Positions 9,845 to 19,375 of a stretch of DNA of 64,000 nt are shown here, in pieces. Numbering within the stretch: position 1 is the first letter of the stretch; every line of letters begins with the position of its first letter. Position numbers and translations under genes: made by a program. Origin of the DNA: Planctomycetota bacterium (GTDB lineage: Bacteria; Planctomycetota; UBA8108; SXIK01). Below the pieces are notes generated by a model. It saw only the letters and a program-made list of their open reading frames with translations, searched no databases and was not told the DNA's origin. The DNA lies in the NCBI GenBank assembly GCA_965223845.1, contig CBDCXR010000004.1:992001-1056000 (forward strand), read 5' to 3'.

Positions 9845-10598
9845 TCTCGATCGATTCGCTCACCTCGACTCCGTGATCCACCGCTGGGATCCACGCTGGA
9901 AGCTCGGCACACTGTTTCTTCTCATGGTGTCGCTCGGAGTCGGGGGTGTCGATGCGTCGCTCTCGGCGGCCGAGCAGCTCCCTCCGCTTCTCGCGGGGGC
10001 CGCACTCTCCGGCGGTGTGCTCTGGTGCTCGCGGATCCCGCTCGGCGCCGCGCTCTTTCGACTCCGCTACGCGGCCGTGTTCCTCGGGTGCATCGTCCTC
10101 GCCTACTCGTTTCGCTGGTCCGCCGACGGCTTCGAGTGGTCGCCCCAAGGAGCGAAGATTGGAAGCTTGATCGCGCTCCGGGCGGGGGCGGTCGTCCTTC
10201 TCGTTCTTCCGGCCTTCGCGACGGCTCGGTTCACGGCGTCGCTTCACGCGCTGCGGGCGCTTCGCGTTCCGGCCCCGCTCGTTCAGGTGTTCCTCTTTAC
10301 CTATCGCTACATTTTCGTCTACAGCGATGAAGTCCGGCGAGTGCGAACGGCGATGCGTGCGCGCGGCTTCGAGCCCCGCTTCTCGCGGGCGACGGCGACG
10401 GTGTTCGGCCGTCTGATCGGGCTTCTCGTGCTCGGTGCGATCGAGAGGACGCAAGCGATCCGTACGGCCATGATCAGCCGTGGCTTCACTGGGACGATTC
10501 GGAGCTCGACGCGCTTTCGAACGCGCGCGGGCGATATCGCCCTCAGCGGTGCGCTCATTTCTTGCGGCGTGATGCTCGCGGTGTGGAGGTCGAGTTGA
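9834..10598 (+). CDS. cbiQ: ECF transporter T component CbiQ/NikQ
   Basis: SVIHRWDPRWK, ALRALRVP, FTYRYIFV, AMRARGF and AMISRGFTG motifs. Confidence 0.88.
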   Translation: MTIDLDRFAHLDSVIHRWDPRWKLGTLFLLMVSLGVGGVDASLSAAEQLPPLLAGAALSGGVLWCSRIPLGAALFRLRYAAVFLGCIVLAYSFRWSADGFEWSPQGAKIGSLIALRAGAVVLLVLPAFATARFTASLHALRALRVPAPLVQVFLFTYRYIFVYSDEVRRVRTAMRARGFEPRFSRATATVFGRLIGLLVLGAIERTQAIRTAMISRGFTGTIRSSTRFRTRAGDIALSGALISCGVMLAVWRSS

Positions 10599-11419
10599 GC
10601 GCCGACGTCGTTCGTGCCGACGGCCTTTCGTTTCGGTACCCAGACGGTCGCGAGGCGATACGCGACGTCGACATCGTCGTTGCGCCCGGCGAGGCGGTCG
10701 GGCTGATCGGACCGAACGGGGCGGGGAAGACTACACTCATCCATCTCCTCGCCGGTCTCCTCGAGCCCACCCGGGGCTCCGTCTCGGTCTTCGGGAAAAC
10801 CTACAGTGCCGCCGACGCGCGTCGGCTTCGACAGCACGTCGGAGTGGTGTTCCAGGAAACGGACGCTCAGCTCTTCAGTGCGTCCGTTTTCGACGACGTC
10901 GCCTTCGGACCGCTTCAGTTCGAGATCGACGGCGGGCCGATCGAAGCGATGGTGCGCGACGCGCTCGCGCGTGTCGGCTTGAGTGGCTTCGAGCACCGAG
11001 TTTCCCAGCACCTCTCGAGCGGCGAACGCCGCCGCGTCGCCCTCGCGACCGTTCTCTCCTATCACCCGTCGCTCCTCATCCTCGATGAGCCGACGAGCGA
11101 TCTCGACGCGCGCGGGCAGCGCGAGCTCATCGACATCCTGCGCTCGACTTCGCAAGCGCGCATCGTCGCGTCGCACGATCTCGAGTTCATTCTGCGGACT
11201 TGCGATCGCGTCGACGTGGTCTCGGGGGGACGCATCGTCGCGTCTGGGCCGGCACCGGACATCGTCACCGATGCGGAGCTGCTTCGCTCGCACGGACTCG
11301 CTTGTCCGCTCGGCTGGACGCAGCTAGGTCCGGGCGGCATTCGAGCTTTGCTCGATTCCTCCTCGGACGGGATACACACTGCGCCCACGAAGGATGACGA
11401 AGACGAAGCGGGGGATTGA
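10595..11419 (+). CDS. cbiO: ECF transporter ATPase CbiO/NikO
   Basis: Walker A GPNGAGKTT, VFQ-xx-D-x-QLF, LSSGERRRVALA, LILDEPT, SHD. Confidence 0.88.
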   Translation: MSADVVRADGLSFRYPDGREAIRDVDIVVAPGEAVGLIGPNGAGKTTLIHLLAGLLEPTRGSVSVFGKTYSAADARRLRQHVGVVFQETDAQLFSASVFDDVAFGPLQFEIDGGPIEAMVRDALARVGLSGFEHRVSQHLSSGERRRVALATVLSYHPSLLILDEPTSDLDARGQRELIDILRSTSQARIVASHDLEFILRTCDRVDVVSGGRIVASGPAPDIVTDAELLRSHGLACPLGWTQLGPGGIRALLDSSSDGIHTAPTKDDEDEAGD

Positions 11420-11446
11420 GAGGTAGAGGAGCCTCCGAAGAGGTGC

Positions 11447-12271
11447 TCAATCGAGCGACTCGAACGCACCGAGATCCGTCACGACGCGGCTGAGCTCGCG
11501 AGTCACGCTCGAGAGTCCCTCGCGCGCGTTCTCGACGAACCTGCGCGGGCCGACGAGGGCTAATTCGTGGAAGCTCCGCGGGAGAATCGCATCCGCCGCG
11601 ATTCGCCCGAGGAGCACGGCGATGTCACGGCTTCTGGCCGCCAGTGCGCCCCGGAGGCGCTGATACTGGTCGAAGTGACCCGCGCTCCGCGGAGACTTGT
11701 TGAGAAAGTAGACGACGACCGGCGCCGCGCGTGCGGCAGCTAAGATCGACGGCAGCCACTCGCCCCAGCGATCGAAAAGATCGTAGGGATCGACGACGAC
11801 CAGATCGGCGGAGTGGGTCGCGATCGCCACCGCCGCCGAGGTCGGTTCGATGACGCGAGCTTCCGGCACCGCGAGCCAACGATCTCGCTTGTCGGGATCG
11901 GAGTCGAACACGGCGAGCGAGACCGCGGTGCCGCGAGAACGAGCGTGCTCGAGGACGCAGCGGGCCGTCGATGCGAGACAGCCGCTAGCGAGAAACGACT
12001 CCTGAACGACTCGCAGCGGCTGCGGAATCTCGTGCTCGAAGCGCTCGCGCGCCCGATCGCTCAGCGGGTACGACGGAGCCCCGGCGCAAGGATCGAGATA
12101 ACGGAACGCGACCTCGCCGCGAGCTCGCCTCGCGTCGTCCACGAGATCGAAGATGCGCAGCACCCACGCGGTCTTGAGTAGATCGCCCCAGTTCCCGGGC
12201 TCGTAGCGAAGCCCGCTCTCCCCGCTCGCGCGATCGCGCCACTCCCAGTCGGCTCGGTCTCCTCGACTCAT
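11447..12271 (-). CDS. RlmJ-like SAM-dependent methyltransferase (divergent)
   Basis: PGNWGDLLK resembles RlmJ AGNxADVLK; YLDPCAGAPSY resembles YLDTHAGAGxY; VVVDPY resembles LIDPPY; start placed at ATG 12271. Confidence 0.55.
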   Translation of the reverse strand: MSRGDRADWEWRDRASGESGLRYEPGNWGDLLKTAWVLRIFDLVDDARRARGEVAFRYLDPCAGAPSYPLSDRARERFEHEIPQPLRVVQESFLASGCLASTARCVLEHARSRGTAVSLAVFDSDPDKRDRWLAVPEARVIEPTSAAVAIATHSADLVVVDPYDLFDRWGEWLPSILAAARAAPVVVYFLNKSPRSAGHFDQYQRLRGALAARSRDIAVLLGRIAADAILPRSFHELALVGPRRFVENAREGLSSVTRELSRVVTDLGAFESLD

Positions 12272-12421
12272 GGATCGGCGTTTCGGCGACAGGTGGATTC
12301 GGTCAGGGTGACGCCCCGACTCGACCGACTCGGGGCGGTTGGTTCGCGGGCGCAGATCGGCGAGAATCCCTCTTTGCGCCGGCGTTCGATCGGAACACCG
12401 CATTCTCTTCGGAGGGATCGC

Positions 12422-13762
12422 ATGAGTCGACGCCTTCAACGGGCGATGCTCGCATTTGTACTCGTGAGTGTACCGGTCGCGGGTCTGAGCGCGATTGGGC
12501 GGACCGCCGAGAGGCCGGACGGAGAGACGCGCTCGGCTGCCGGTGGTGGGGGCGAGTGGCGGGGCGCCGCGAAGCGAGTCGACATCACGCCGCCAACGGG
12601 ACTTCCACTCTGGGGGTACGGCGGGCGAAAGGACCTTCCGGCCGCCGCGACGCGCGAGTCGTTGACGGCGACGGCCGTCGTGCTCGAGTCGAACGGCGAA
12701 CGAATCGCGATCGTCGCCCTCGACCTCGGTCGATCTCCCGCACGGGCGACGGTCGATCACATTCGAGCGCAGGTCCGCGAGCGGGCGAAGGTCGACCAGA
12801 TCTTTCTCGTCGCGTCGCACACGCACCACGGCCCCTGCGTCGAGATCGAGACGTCGACTCCCACCGCGGAGTATGTCGCGGAGCTCAAGAAAACGCTCGT
12901 GGCCGTCATCGTCGATGCCGCAGGTGCGCTCGAGCCCGTTCGCATCCGAGTTGCACGCCGGGAAGTCGACTTCAATCGGAATCGACACACGAAGATCTCG
13001 CCGAAGCCCGTCGATCGGGAGCTCATCGTGTGCCAAATCGACGCTTTGAACGGCGGCTCGGTCGCGACTCTCGTCAATTTCGCCGCGCATCCGACGACGA
13101 TCCCCGCGCTGGAGCTCGAATGGTCACCCGACTACGTCGGTGCGCTGCGGCGGACGGTCGAGAGCGAGATCGGCGGACGCTGCGCGTTTCTTCAGGGGGC
13201 GTGCGGTGATCTGTCGACTCAGCGCCGTGGCAAGGACACGCGGGCTTACGGTGACGCCTTGGGCCGAGTCGCCGTCGCGCTCGTCGGTGAGGCTCGGTCG
13301 AGTTCACCATCGGTCGCCGCCGGTCTCGACCACCGCGCCGAGGAGTTCCAGTTCGGGCTTCGAGTCGATCTCTCCGATCCGATCGTCTACGCGAAGTACT
13401 GTCTCGCGTTCTTCCCCGCTCTCGTCGACGCGTATCGAGACGAATACACGGCTGGCATGAGACCGAACATCACGGTCGCTCTCCTCGGCGGCCGGGTGGG
13501 CATCGTCGGCGCATCGGGAGAGTTTTTCTCCGCCCACGCTCTCCGACTGCGCGAGCGAGCGCGTCTCGATCACGTCCTTTTTCTCGGCTATTGCAACGGG
13601 TACCACCAGTACTTTCCGACGATCGAAGCCGTGGCGGAAGGCGGTTATGGAGCCGATCGCGATGTCTCGCCCGCCGAAATCGGAGCCGGGGAGCGGATGA
13701 TGGATCGCGCGCTCTTTCATCTCTTCGATCTGCGCACGTCGATGGCCACTCGCGAACGATGA
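12422..13762 (+). CDS. Neutral/alkaline non-lysosomal ceramidase family protein, secreted
   Basis: Signal peptide; GAAKRVDITPP-x-G-x-PLWGY, ASHTHHGP, NRNR, LVNFAAHPT, SPDYVG, FLQGACGD, GEFF, GYCNGYHQYFPT. Confidence 0.8.
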   Translation: MSRRLQRAMLAFVLVSVPVAGLSAIGRTAERPDGETRSAAGGGGEWRGAAKRVDITPPTGLPLWGYGGRKDLPAAATRESLTATAVVLESNGERIAIVALDLGRSPARATVDHIRAQVRERAKVDQIFLVASHTHHGPCVEIETSTPTAEYVAELKKTLVAVIVDAAGALEPVRIRVARREVDFNRNRHTKISPKPVDRELIVCQIDALNGGSVATLVNFAAHPTTIPALELEWSPDYVGALRRTVESEIGGRCAFLQGACGDLSTQRRGKDTRAYGDALGRVAVALVGEARSSSPSVAAGLDHRAEEFQFGLRVDLSDPIVYAKYCLAFFPALVDAYRDEYTAGMRPNITVALLGGRVGIVGASGEFFSAHALRLRERARLDHVLFLGYCNGYHQYFPTIEAVAEGGYGADRDVSPAEIGAGERMMDRALFHLFDLRTSMATRER

Positions 13763-13865
13763 TTCGAGCCGAAGCGGGGCGCGGTGCCGAACGCGGGTAG
13801 TGAGTTTTCTTACGCGGGCGGTATCCTGTGTCGATTGTCATGTCAGTTCCACCGATTCCAGCGAC

Positions 13866-15059
13866 ATGAACCCCATCGACGCCCACGATCCGAAAGTCCA
13901 CGCGCTCGTCGGAATCGACGAACTCCACGCGTGCGAAGAACGAAACCTCGCCGGCTACGCGATGCACAGCCGGAATTCGCGCGGCCGGGTGCACCCCGAG
14001 GCGGACGCCCCGTTCCGCACCTGCTACCAGCGCGATCGGGATCGCATCATCCATTCGACGGCGTTTCGGCGGCTGGAGTACAAGACACAGGTATTCGTCA
14101 ACCACGAGGGCGATCTCTACCGTACACGACTCACTCACACCCTCGAGGTTGCGCAGATCGCCCGCTCGATCGCGCGCTCACTTCGCCTCAACGAGGACCT
14201 CGTCGAGGCCGTCGCGCTCGCGCACGATCTCGGGCACTCGCCGTTCGGGCACGCCGGAGAGGAAGCCTTGAGTGAGCTCATGGCGGACGACGGGGGCTTC
14301 AACCACAACGTGCAGAGTCTCCGCGTGGTCGATCGGCTCGAGAAGCGGTATCCCGAGTTCGACGGGCTCAATCTCACCTGGGAAGTCCGCGAATCGATCG
14401 TGAAGCACGGAGATCACGACTTCGGTGAAGTCGGAGACGCGTTCGAGCCCGACGATCGTCCGCTCCTCGAGGCGCAGCTCGCTGATATCGCCGATTCGCT
14501 CGCCTACGATAACCACGACATCGACGACGGTGTTCGCTCCGAGTTCATCACCGCGCGAGACCTCCGGGAGATCCCTCTCTGGTGCGAAGCGGAAGAGGCG
14601 GTGCAGAAGCGGTACGATCTCCCATCGGACTCCTCGCTCCTCGTCGCACGGACGGTCTCGCATCTCATCGACACTCAGATCCGCGATCTTCTCGAGTCGA
14701 CCCTCGCTCGCATCGAGGCGCGCGGAATCCGCACCGTGGAGGATGTACGGCGACAGACGAGCGACACGGTCGGATTCAGCGCCGAGATGACGGCGAAGAA
14801 ATGCGACATGCAGGATTTCTTGCGCGAGAGACTCTACCGCCACCATCGCGCGCTCAAGATGACCGAAAAGGCCAAGCGATTCATCGCGGAGATCTTCACG
14901 GAGTACCGGCGCAATCCGCGGCAGCTTCCGCCCTCGTTTCAGACTCGGATCGAGGCGGACGGCGCGGCGCGCGTGATCTGCGACTACGTCGCGGGGATGA
15001 CGGACCGGTACTGTCAGGAGGAGTACAAGCGCCTCTTCCACCCGTTCGAGCGAGTGTAG
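13866..15059 (+). CDS. dgt: Deoxyguanosinetriphosphate triphosphohydrolase (HD family dGTPase)
   Basis: RTCYQRDRDRIIHSTAFRRLEYKTQVF, RTRLTHTLEVAQI, AHDLGHSPFGHAGE, ADSLAYDNHDIDDG, DYVAGMTD. Confidence 0.93.
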   Translation: MNPIDAHDPKVHALVGIDELHACEERNLAGYAMHSRNSRGRVHPEADAPFRTCYQRDRDRIIHSTAFRRLEYKTQVFVNHEGDLYRTRLTHTLEVAQIARSIARSLRLNEDLVEAVALAHDLGHSPFGHAGEEALSELMADDGGFNHNVQSLRVVDRLEKRYPEFDGLNLTWEVRESIVKHGDHDFGEVGDAFEPDDRPLLEAQLADIADSLAYDNHDIDDGVRSEFITARDLREIPLWCEAEEAVQKRYDLPSDSSLLVARTVSHLIDTQIRDLLESTLARIEARGIRTVEDVRRQTSDTVGFSAEMTAKKCDMQDFLRERLYRHHRALKMTEKAKRFIAEIFTEYRRNPRQLPPSFQTRIEADGAARVICDYVAGMTDRYCQEEYKRLFHPFERV

Positions 15060-15124
15060 GTGAGCTCGAGGTTCGACGTGCGCCAGCGAATGCCTCACGG
15101 AGCGGCGGCTAGAAAGGACGATCG

Positions 15125-15847
15125 TTGAACCGGAGCTCATTCGGGGTCGTGATTGCAGCCGGGGGGGCGGGGCGGCGATTCGGACGGCTCAAGCAATTCC
15201 TCCCGCTCCTCGGACGACCGCTGCTCGAGTACTCGCTCGACGCTTTTGCCGGTTGCGATCAGGTCGGCGAGGTGATCGTCGTCTGTCCTTCGGCTCACCT
15301 CGAAGAAGGGCGCGAGCTCCTGGCTTCGTGGCGACGGGCGAAACGCGTGGCGAGCTCCTTTCGAAGCGACGCCGTCGCGGGCGGCGGGCGCCGGCAGGAC
15401 TCGGTGCTCGCCGGACTCTCGGCTCTGAGTGCGAGTTCGGTCTACGCCCTCGTTCACGACGCTGCACGACCGCTACTGCAAGCGAGCGATGTCGAGCGCC
15501 TCGCCGATGCCGTGCGGGAGCACGGTGCCGCCGTCCTCGGGACTCCGTCGGTCGACAGCGTGAAGCGGGTGTCCGGGGGAGTGATCGTCGACGAGCTCGA
15601 TCGCGAGACCGTTTGGACCGTGCAGACTCCTCAGGGTGCCGAGACCGCCGCGCTCATCGAAGCCTACGCGAGCGAGCCGGAGAGGGACTGGACAGACGAG
15701 ACGTCGGCCCTCCGCGCGCGCGGAGTCGTCGCGGCGCTCGTCGAGGGGCCGCGCGAGAACTTGAAGATCACATCGCCGGGCGACGAGCGCCTCGCCGAAA
15801 TGTTGCTCGCCGCGCGCGGCGAACCCGAACGCGGCCCGACGCGGTAG
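15125..15847 (+). CDS. ispD: 2-C-methyl-D-erythritol 4-phosphate cytidylyltransferase
   Basis: AAGGAGRRFG-KQF, GGGRRQDSV, LVHDAARP, VQTPQ, TDE, NLKIT. Confidence 0.92.
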   Translation: MNRSSFGVVIAAGGAGRRFGRLKQFLPLLGRPLLEYSLDAFAGCDQVGEVIVVCPSAHLEEGRELLASWRRAKRVASSFRSDAVAGGGRRQDSVLAGLSALSASSVYALVHDAARPLLQASDVERLADAVREHGAAVLGTPSVDSVKRVSGGVIVDELDRETVWTVQTPQGAETAALIEAYASEPERDWTDETSALRARGVVAALVEGPRENLKITSPGDERLAEMLLAARGEPERGPTR

Positions 15848-15902
15848 AATCTCGCCGGTCGTCCGGTTAGTCTGCTCGCCCGTACAGGCCGCGGAGAAGA
15901 GC

Positions 15903-16397
15903 ATGTTTCGCGTCGGATTCGGAACGGACAACCATCGCCTCACGATCGGCCGACCGCTCTTCATCGGTGGGGTCGAGGTCGAGGCGCCGGTCGGAGCGGA
16001 CGCGCATAGCGACGGAGACGTTCTGCTCCATGCTCTCTGTGATGCGCTCTACGGCGCGGCGGGCCTCGGCGACATCGGCGACCACTTTCCCGATTCGGAT
16101 CCGCAGTGGCGTGGCCAAGCGAGCTCGCTCTTCGTCGAGCGTGCCGCCGAGGAGGTCGCGGCCGCCGGGTACGCGCTCGTGAACCTCGACGCGACCATCA
16201 CCCTCGAAAAGGTGAAGCTCGGCGCGGCGAAGCGCGAGATCGCGCGGAGTGTGCAGCGGATTCTCGCGCCGTTTTGGCCGCTTTCGGACGACGCAATCAA
16301 CGTCAAGGCGAAGACCAACGAGCGCTGCGATGCCATCGGCCGTGGTGAAGCGATCGCCGCTCAGGTTGCAGTGCTTCTCGAGAGACGCGAGGGATGA
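15903..16397 (+). CDS. ispF: 2-C-methyl-D-erythritol 2,4-cyclodiphosphate synthase
   Basis: RVGFGTDNH, AHSDGDVLLHALCDAL, GDIGDHFPDSD, NVKAKTNE, GRGEAIA. Confidence 0.95.
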   Translation: MFRVGFGTDNHRLTIGRPLFIGGVEVEAPVGADAHSDGDVLLHALCDALYGAAGLGDIGDHFPDSDPQWRGQASSLFVERAAEEVAAAGYALVNLDATITLEKVKLGAAKREIARSVQRILAPFWPLSDDAINVKAKTNERCDAIGRGEAIAAQVAVLLERREG

Positions 16398-17845
16398 CGC
16401 TTCAGCTCTACAACACGCTCACGAAGAAGAAGGAAGAGTTTCGCACGCTCGTTCCGGGTCGCGTGAAGATGTACAACTGCGGACCGACGGTCTACAGCTA
16501 CGCGCACATCGGCAACTTTGCGTCGTTCTTGATGGCCGATCTCCTCCGGCGGTACCTCGAGTACTCGGGGTACGAAGTCGATCAGATCATGAACATTACG
16601 GACGTCGGTCACCTCACCGAGGACGACGTCGCGGACGCGCAGGGAGAGGACAAGCTCGAAAAGGCCGCGCGCGAGCGCAAGGTCGATCCCTGGGAGATCG
16701 CGCGCGAGTTCGAGGACGCCTTCCATGACGATCGGCGGCGTCTCAATCTGCTCGAGGCCCGCGCCTACCCGCGCGCCACCGATCACATTCCGGAGATGCA
16801 GGCGATGATCGCCGAGCTCCTCGAGGTCGGTCTCGCGTACGAAGCCGGGGAGCAGGTCTACTTCGAGATCGCGAAGTTTCCGCCGTACGGAGTCCTGAGC
16901 GGCAACACGGTCGAGCAGCTCATGGCCGGGGCGCGGGTGGAGGAGGACGCGGCGAAGCGCAATCCACTCGACTTCACGCTGTGGAAAAAGGATCCGAAGC
17001 ACTTGATGAAATGGCCGAGCCCGTGGGGCGAGGGGTTTCCGGGCTGGCACATCGAATGTTCGGCGATGGCGCGGAAATACCTCGGCGACGTGATCGACGT
17101 TCACACCGGTGGAGAAGACAACATCTTCCCTCACCACGAGTGCGAGATCGCGCAATCTTCGAAGGGCGACGAATCGGTCTTCGCGCGGTACTGGCTCCAC
17201 CGGCGGCACATTCTCGTCGACGGAAAGAAGATGTCGAAGTCGGCGGGCAACTTCTACACGGTTCGCGACCTCCTCTCTCGGGGGTACGACGGCCTCGAGA
17301 TTCGCTACACGCTCCTCTCGGCTCACTACCGGTCGAACTCGAACTTCACGTTCCAGGGGCTCGACGACGCGCGGAAGAACTTGCGCTACCTCAGGCAGTT
17401 TCGGCGAGCGATGCAGGAACTGCCGGATGTTCCGGGCGAGGACGAGCTCGCCGCCGTCGAAGCGCTTCGGACGGAGCGCGACGCCGCGTTTCGCGCGGCG
17501 CTCGATGACGATCTCAACGTGTCGGGTGCGCTCGCTCAGGTGCACGACTTCTGTCGCGAGGCCTACCGCCGCTGCCAGACCTCCAAGGCGGGTGCGTCGG
17601 CGGTGGCCCAGCTCGAGAGCTGGGATCGGGTCCTGGGAGTCCTCGACCCGGTCGCGAGCGGAGGCGAGGCCGACTCTCCTGAGGGGCCGAGCGATGCCGA
17701 GATCGAAGCCGCTCTCGAGGCCCGGCGCACGGCGCGTGCACAGAAAGATTACGCCGCCGCAGACCGGATTCGGGACGAGCTCGCGGCGCTCGGAATCGTC
17801 ATCGAAGACCGTCCTGACGGCACGCGCTGGCACCGCGATGGATGA
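16394..17845 (+). CDS. cysS: Cysteine--tRNA ligase
   Basis: YNCGPTVY, HIGN, MNITDVGH, GFPGWHIECSAM, DVHTGGEDNIFPHHECE, KMSKS, ADRIRDEL. Confidence 0.97.
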   Translation: MTLQLYNTLTKKKEEFRTLVPGRVKMYNCGPTVYSYAHIGNFASFLMADLLRRYLEYSGYEVDQIMNITDVGHLTEDDVADAQGEDKLEKAARERKVDPWEIAREFEDAFHDDRRRLNLLEARAYPRATDHIPEMQAMIAELLEVGLAYEAGEQVYFEIAKFPPYGVLSGNTVEQLMAGARVEEDAAKRNPLDFTLWKKDPKHLMKWPSPWGEGFPGWHIECSAMARKYLGDVIDVHTGGEDNIFPHHECEIAQSSKGDESVFARYWLHRRHILVDGKKMSKSAGNFYTVRDLLSRGYDGLEIRYTLLSAHYRSNSNFTFQGLDDARKNLRYLRQFRRAMQELPDVPGEDELAAVEALRTERDAAFRAALDDDLNVSGALAQVHDFCREAYRRCQTSKAGASAVAQLESWDRVLGVLDPVASGGEADSPEGPSDAEIEAALEARRTARAQKDYAAADRIRDELAALGIVIEDRPDGTRWHRDG

Positions 17846-17925
17846 GCGCGAGCGAGAGTCGTAAGCCTGCTCGAGGCAACGGTTTGTGCCGGATCTCGCC
17901 CCGTCGCTCATTTGGCCTTTTTTCG

Positions 17926-17953
17926 TTGCAAGGCATCCGGCCGTAAGTATAAT
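17926..17953 (+). promoter_or_regulatory. Sigma70-type promoter for the tRNA-tuf cluster
   Basis: TTGCAA-N16-TATAAT about 30 nt upstream of tRNA-Thr, preceded by a T-rich tract. Confidence 0.7.
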
Positions 17954-17983
17954 CTCCCGACTTTACGCCGAAACCGGAACCGT

Positions 17984-18055
<72 letters not shown>

Positions 18056-18328
18056 CTCGGAATGCGGCGCACTTACGCGCGGTGGGGGGCGTAGCGGGCC
18101 CGGTCAGCGCGACGCGGCGGTGGCTCCATCTCTCGCAACTCGAGGCGCGCGAGACGGAGTCGAACCGGCGTCGAACGATCCGGCCGAAGCGCGTCCGTGC
18201 TCTTTGATATTTCTGATCTGGCCGTCTGAAATCGCCGAACCAAGCGTCTTCGACGCTTGAGCGGTCGCCTCCCGTTTCACGCCACCAACGGCGCTGCGGT
18301 GATCCGACCGGCGACGGTTCGAATCGCG

Positions 18329-18403
18329 CTAGTTGAGCCAGAACTAGCTGGGCCAGAACTAGTTGGATGAGAACTAGTTGGATCAGAATCAGTTGAATAG
18401 AAA
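18329..18403 (+). repeat. Degenerate 15-bp tandem repeat, 5 units (consensus CTAGTTGGxxCAGAA)
   Basis: ctagttgagccagaa / ctagctgggccagaa / ctagttggatgagaa / ctagttggatcagaa / tcagttgaatagaaa. Confidence 0.85.
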
Positions 18404-18408
18404 TCGTT

Positions 18409-18492
18409 GGGCAGGTGCCCGAGCGGCCAAAGGGGACGGGCTGTAAACCCGTTGCGCAAGCTTCAGTGGTTCGAATCCACTCCTGCCCACCA
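18409..18492 (+). tRNA. tRNA-Tyr(GUA)
   Basis: GGGCAGG/CCTGCCC acceptor, ACGGG-CTGTAAA-CCCGT anticodon arm, long variable arm, GGTTCGAATCC, CCA end. Confidence 0.96.
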
Positions 18493-18555
18493 TCCTGCGA
18501 TCTCGTCCCGATCGCCGCGTGTTGTCTCCATCTCGACGCGCGGAAACTCGATTGT

Positions 18556-18629
18556 GCGGGTGTAGCTTAGTGGTAAAGCACCAGCCTTCCAAGCTGGCTA
18601 TGAGGGTTCGATTCCCTTCACCCGCTCCA
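18556..18629 (+). tRNA. tRNA-Gly(UCC)
   Basis: GCGGGTG/CACCCGC acceptor, CCAGC-CTTCCAA-GCTGG anticodon arm, GGTTCGATTCC, CCA end. Confidence 0.96.
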
Positions 18630-18970
18630 GTTCGACCGAGGCCGATCGCGGCGCGATCCGAGGTGTCCCGGCGAAGGCGACTTCGTCTCGATGCTGCTTC
18701 GGGCGGGAGTCCAGGCGGTACGAGGCCGGCGCTCGAGGAGGTGGGACTCGCGGCTCGTAACGCGACCGCGCCTCGATCCCCATCGGTGACGAGCCGGATG
18801 TTTTCGGCCGGTTTAGTGTGGCCACGTCGGAATCGCGCCGATAAATCTTAGTCGACCGAGCGATCGGAGCATCGGGCTCCGCGCGGCGGCGGGTCGCTCC
18901 GAGTGAGTCGGTCCGCTGCGTCGCGTCGGTATCGCAAACCCCCCGCGACTTTGTCGCGGCTCAGTTCTGT

Positions 18971-19046
<76 letters not shown>

Positions 19047-19375
19047 GTTTCGACCATTGTTTAAGTTTGAGTGTCTCGTCTCGCGGCGAGAAGTCGTCGC
19101 CGAGCGCGATCGACTCCCGCAGTCGTTCTTGCAGTAACCGCTGTTCGCCATCGAGACCGAAGCCGATCGTCTTCCGGCGCGCTCGCGGCGCGAGCGCATC
19201 GAGGCGCGTTCGTTTCGGCTTCGCCCGACGGGTGCCTGCAGGTGCGTCCGCGGGGGGGCTCGAGCGTCGGTAACCGTAAGAAGCGCGTTGGCCCGGGGCG
19301 CGAACCGCCGTCAGGCGGCGTACCCGGCGAGAGAGGCGGCCGTGCGGCCAGCCGAAAAAAGGAGTTCGCCAGACC

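Noticed and set aside
12272-13090. N-terminal extension of the 547-aa minus-strand ORF 11447..13090
   Set aside because: Overlaps the ceramidase-family gene on the other strand; the methyltransferase-like part starts near ATG 12271.
18084-18110. GGGGGCGTAGCGGGCCCGGTCAGCGC resembles the 5' half of a tRNA-Pro
   Set aside because: No anticodon stem, T arm or matching acceptor strand follows; at most a remnant or chance match.
18329-18403. Possible CRISPR array
   Set aside because: Units are 15 bp, contiguous, without spacers, and no cas genes are present.
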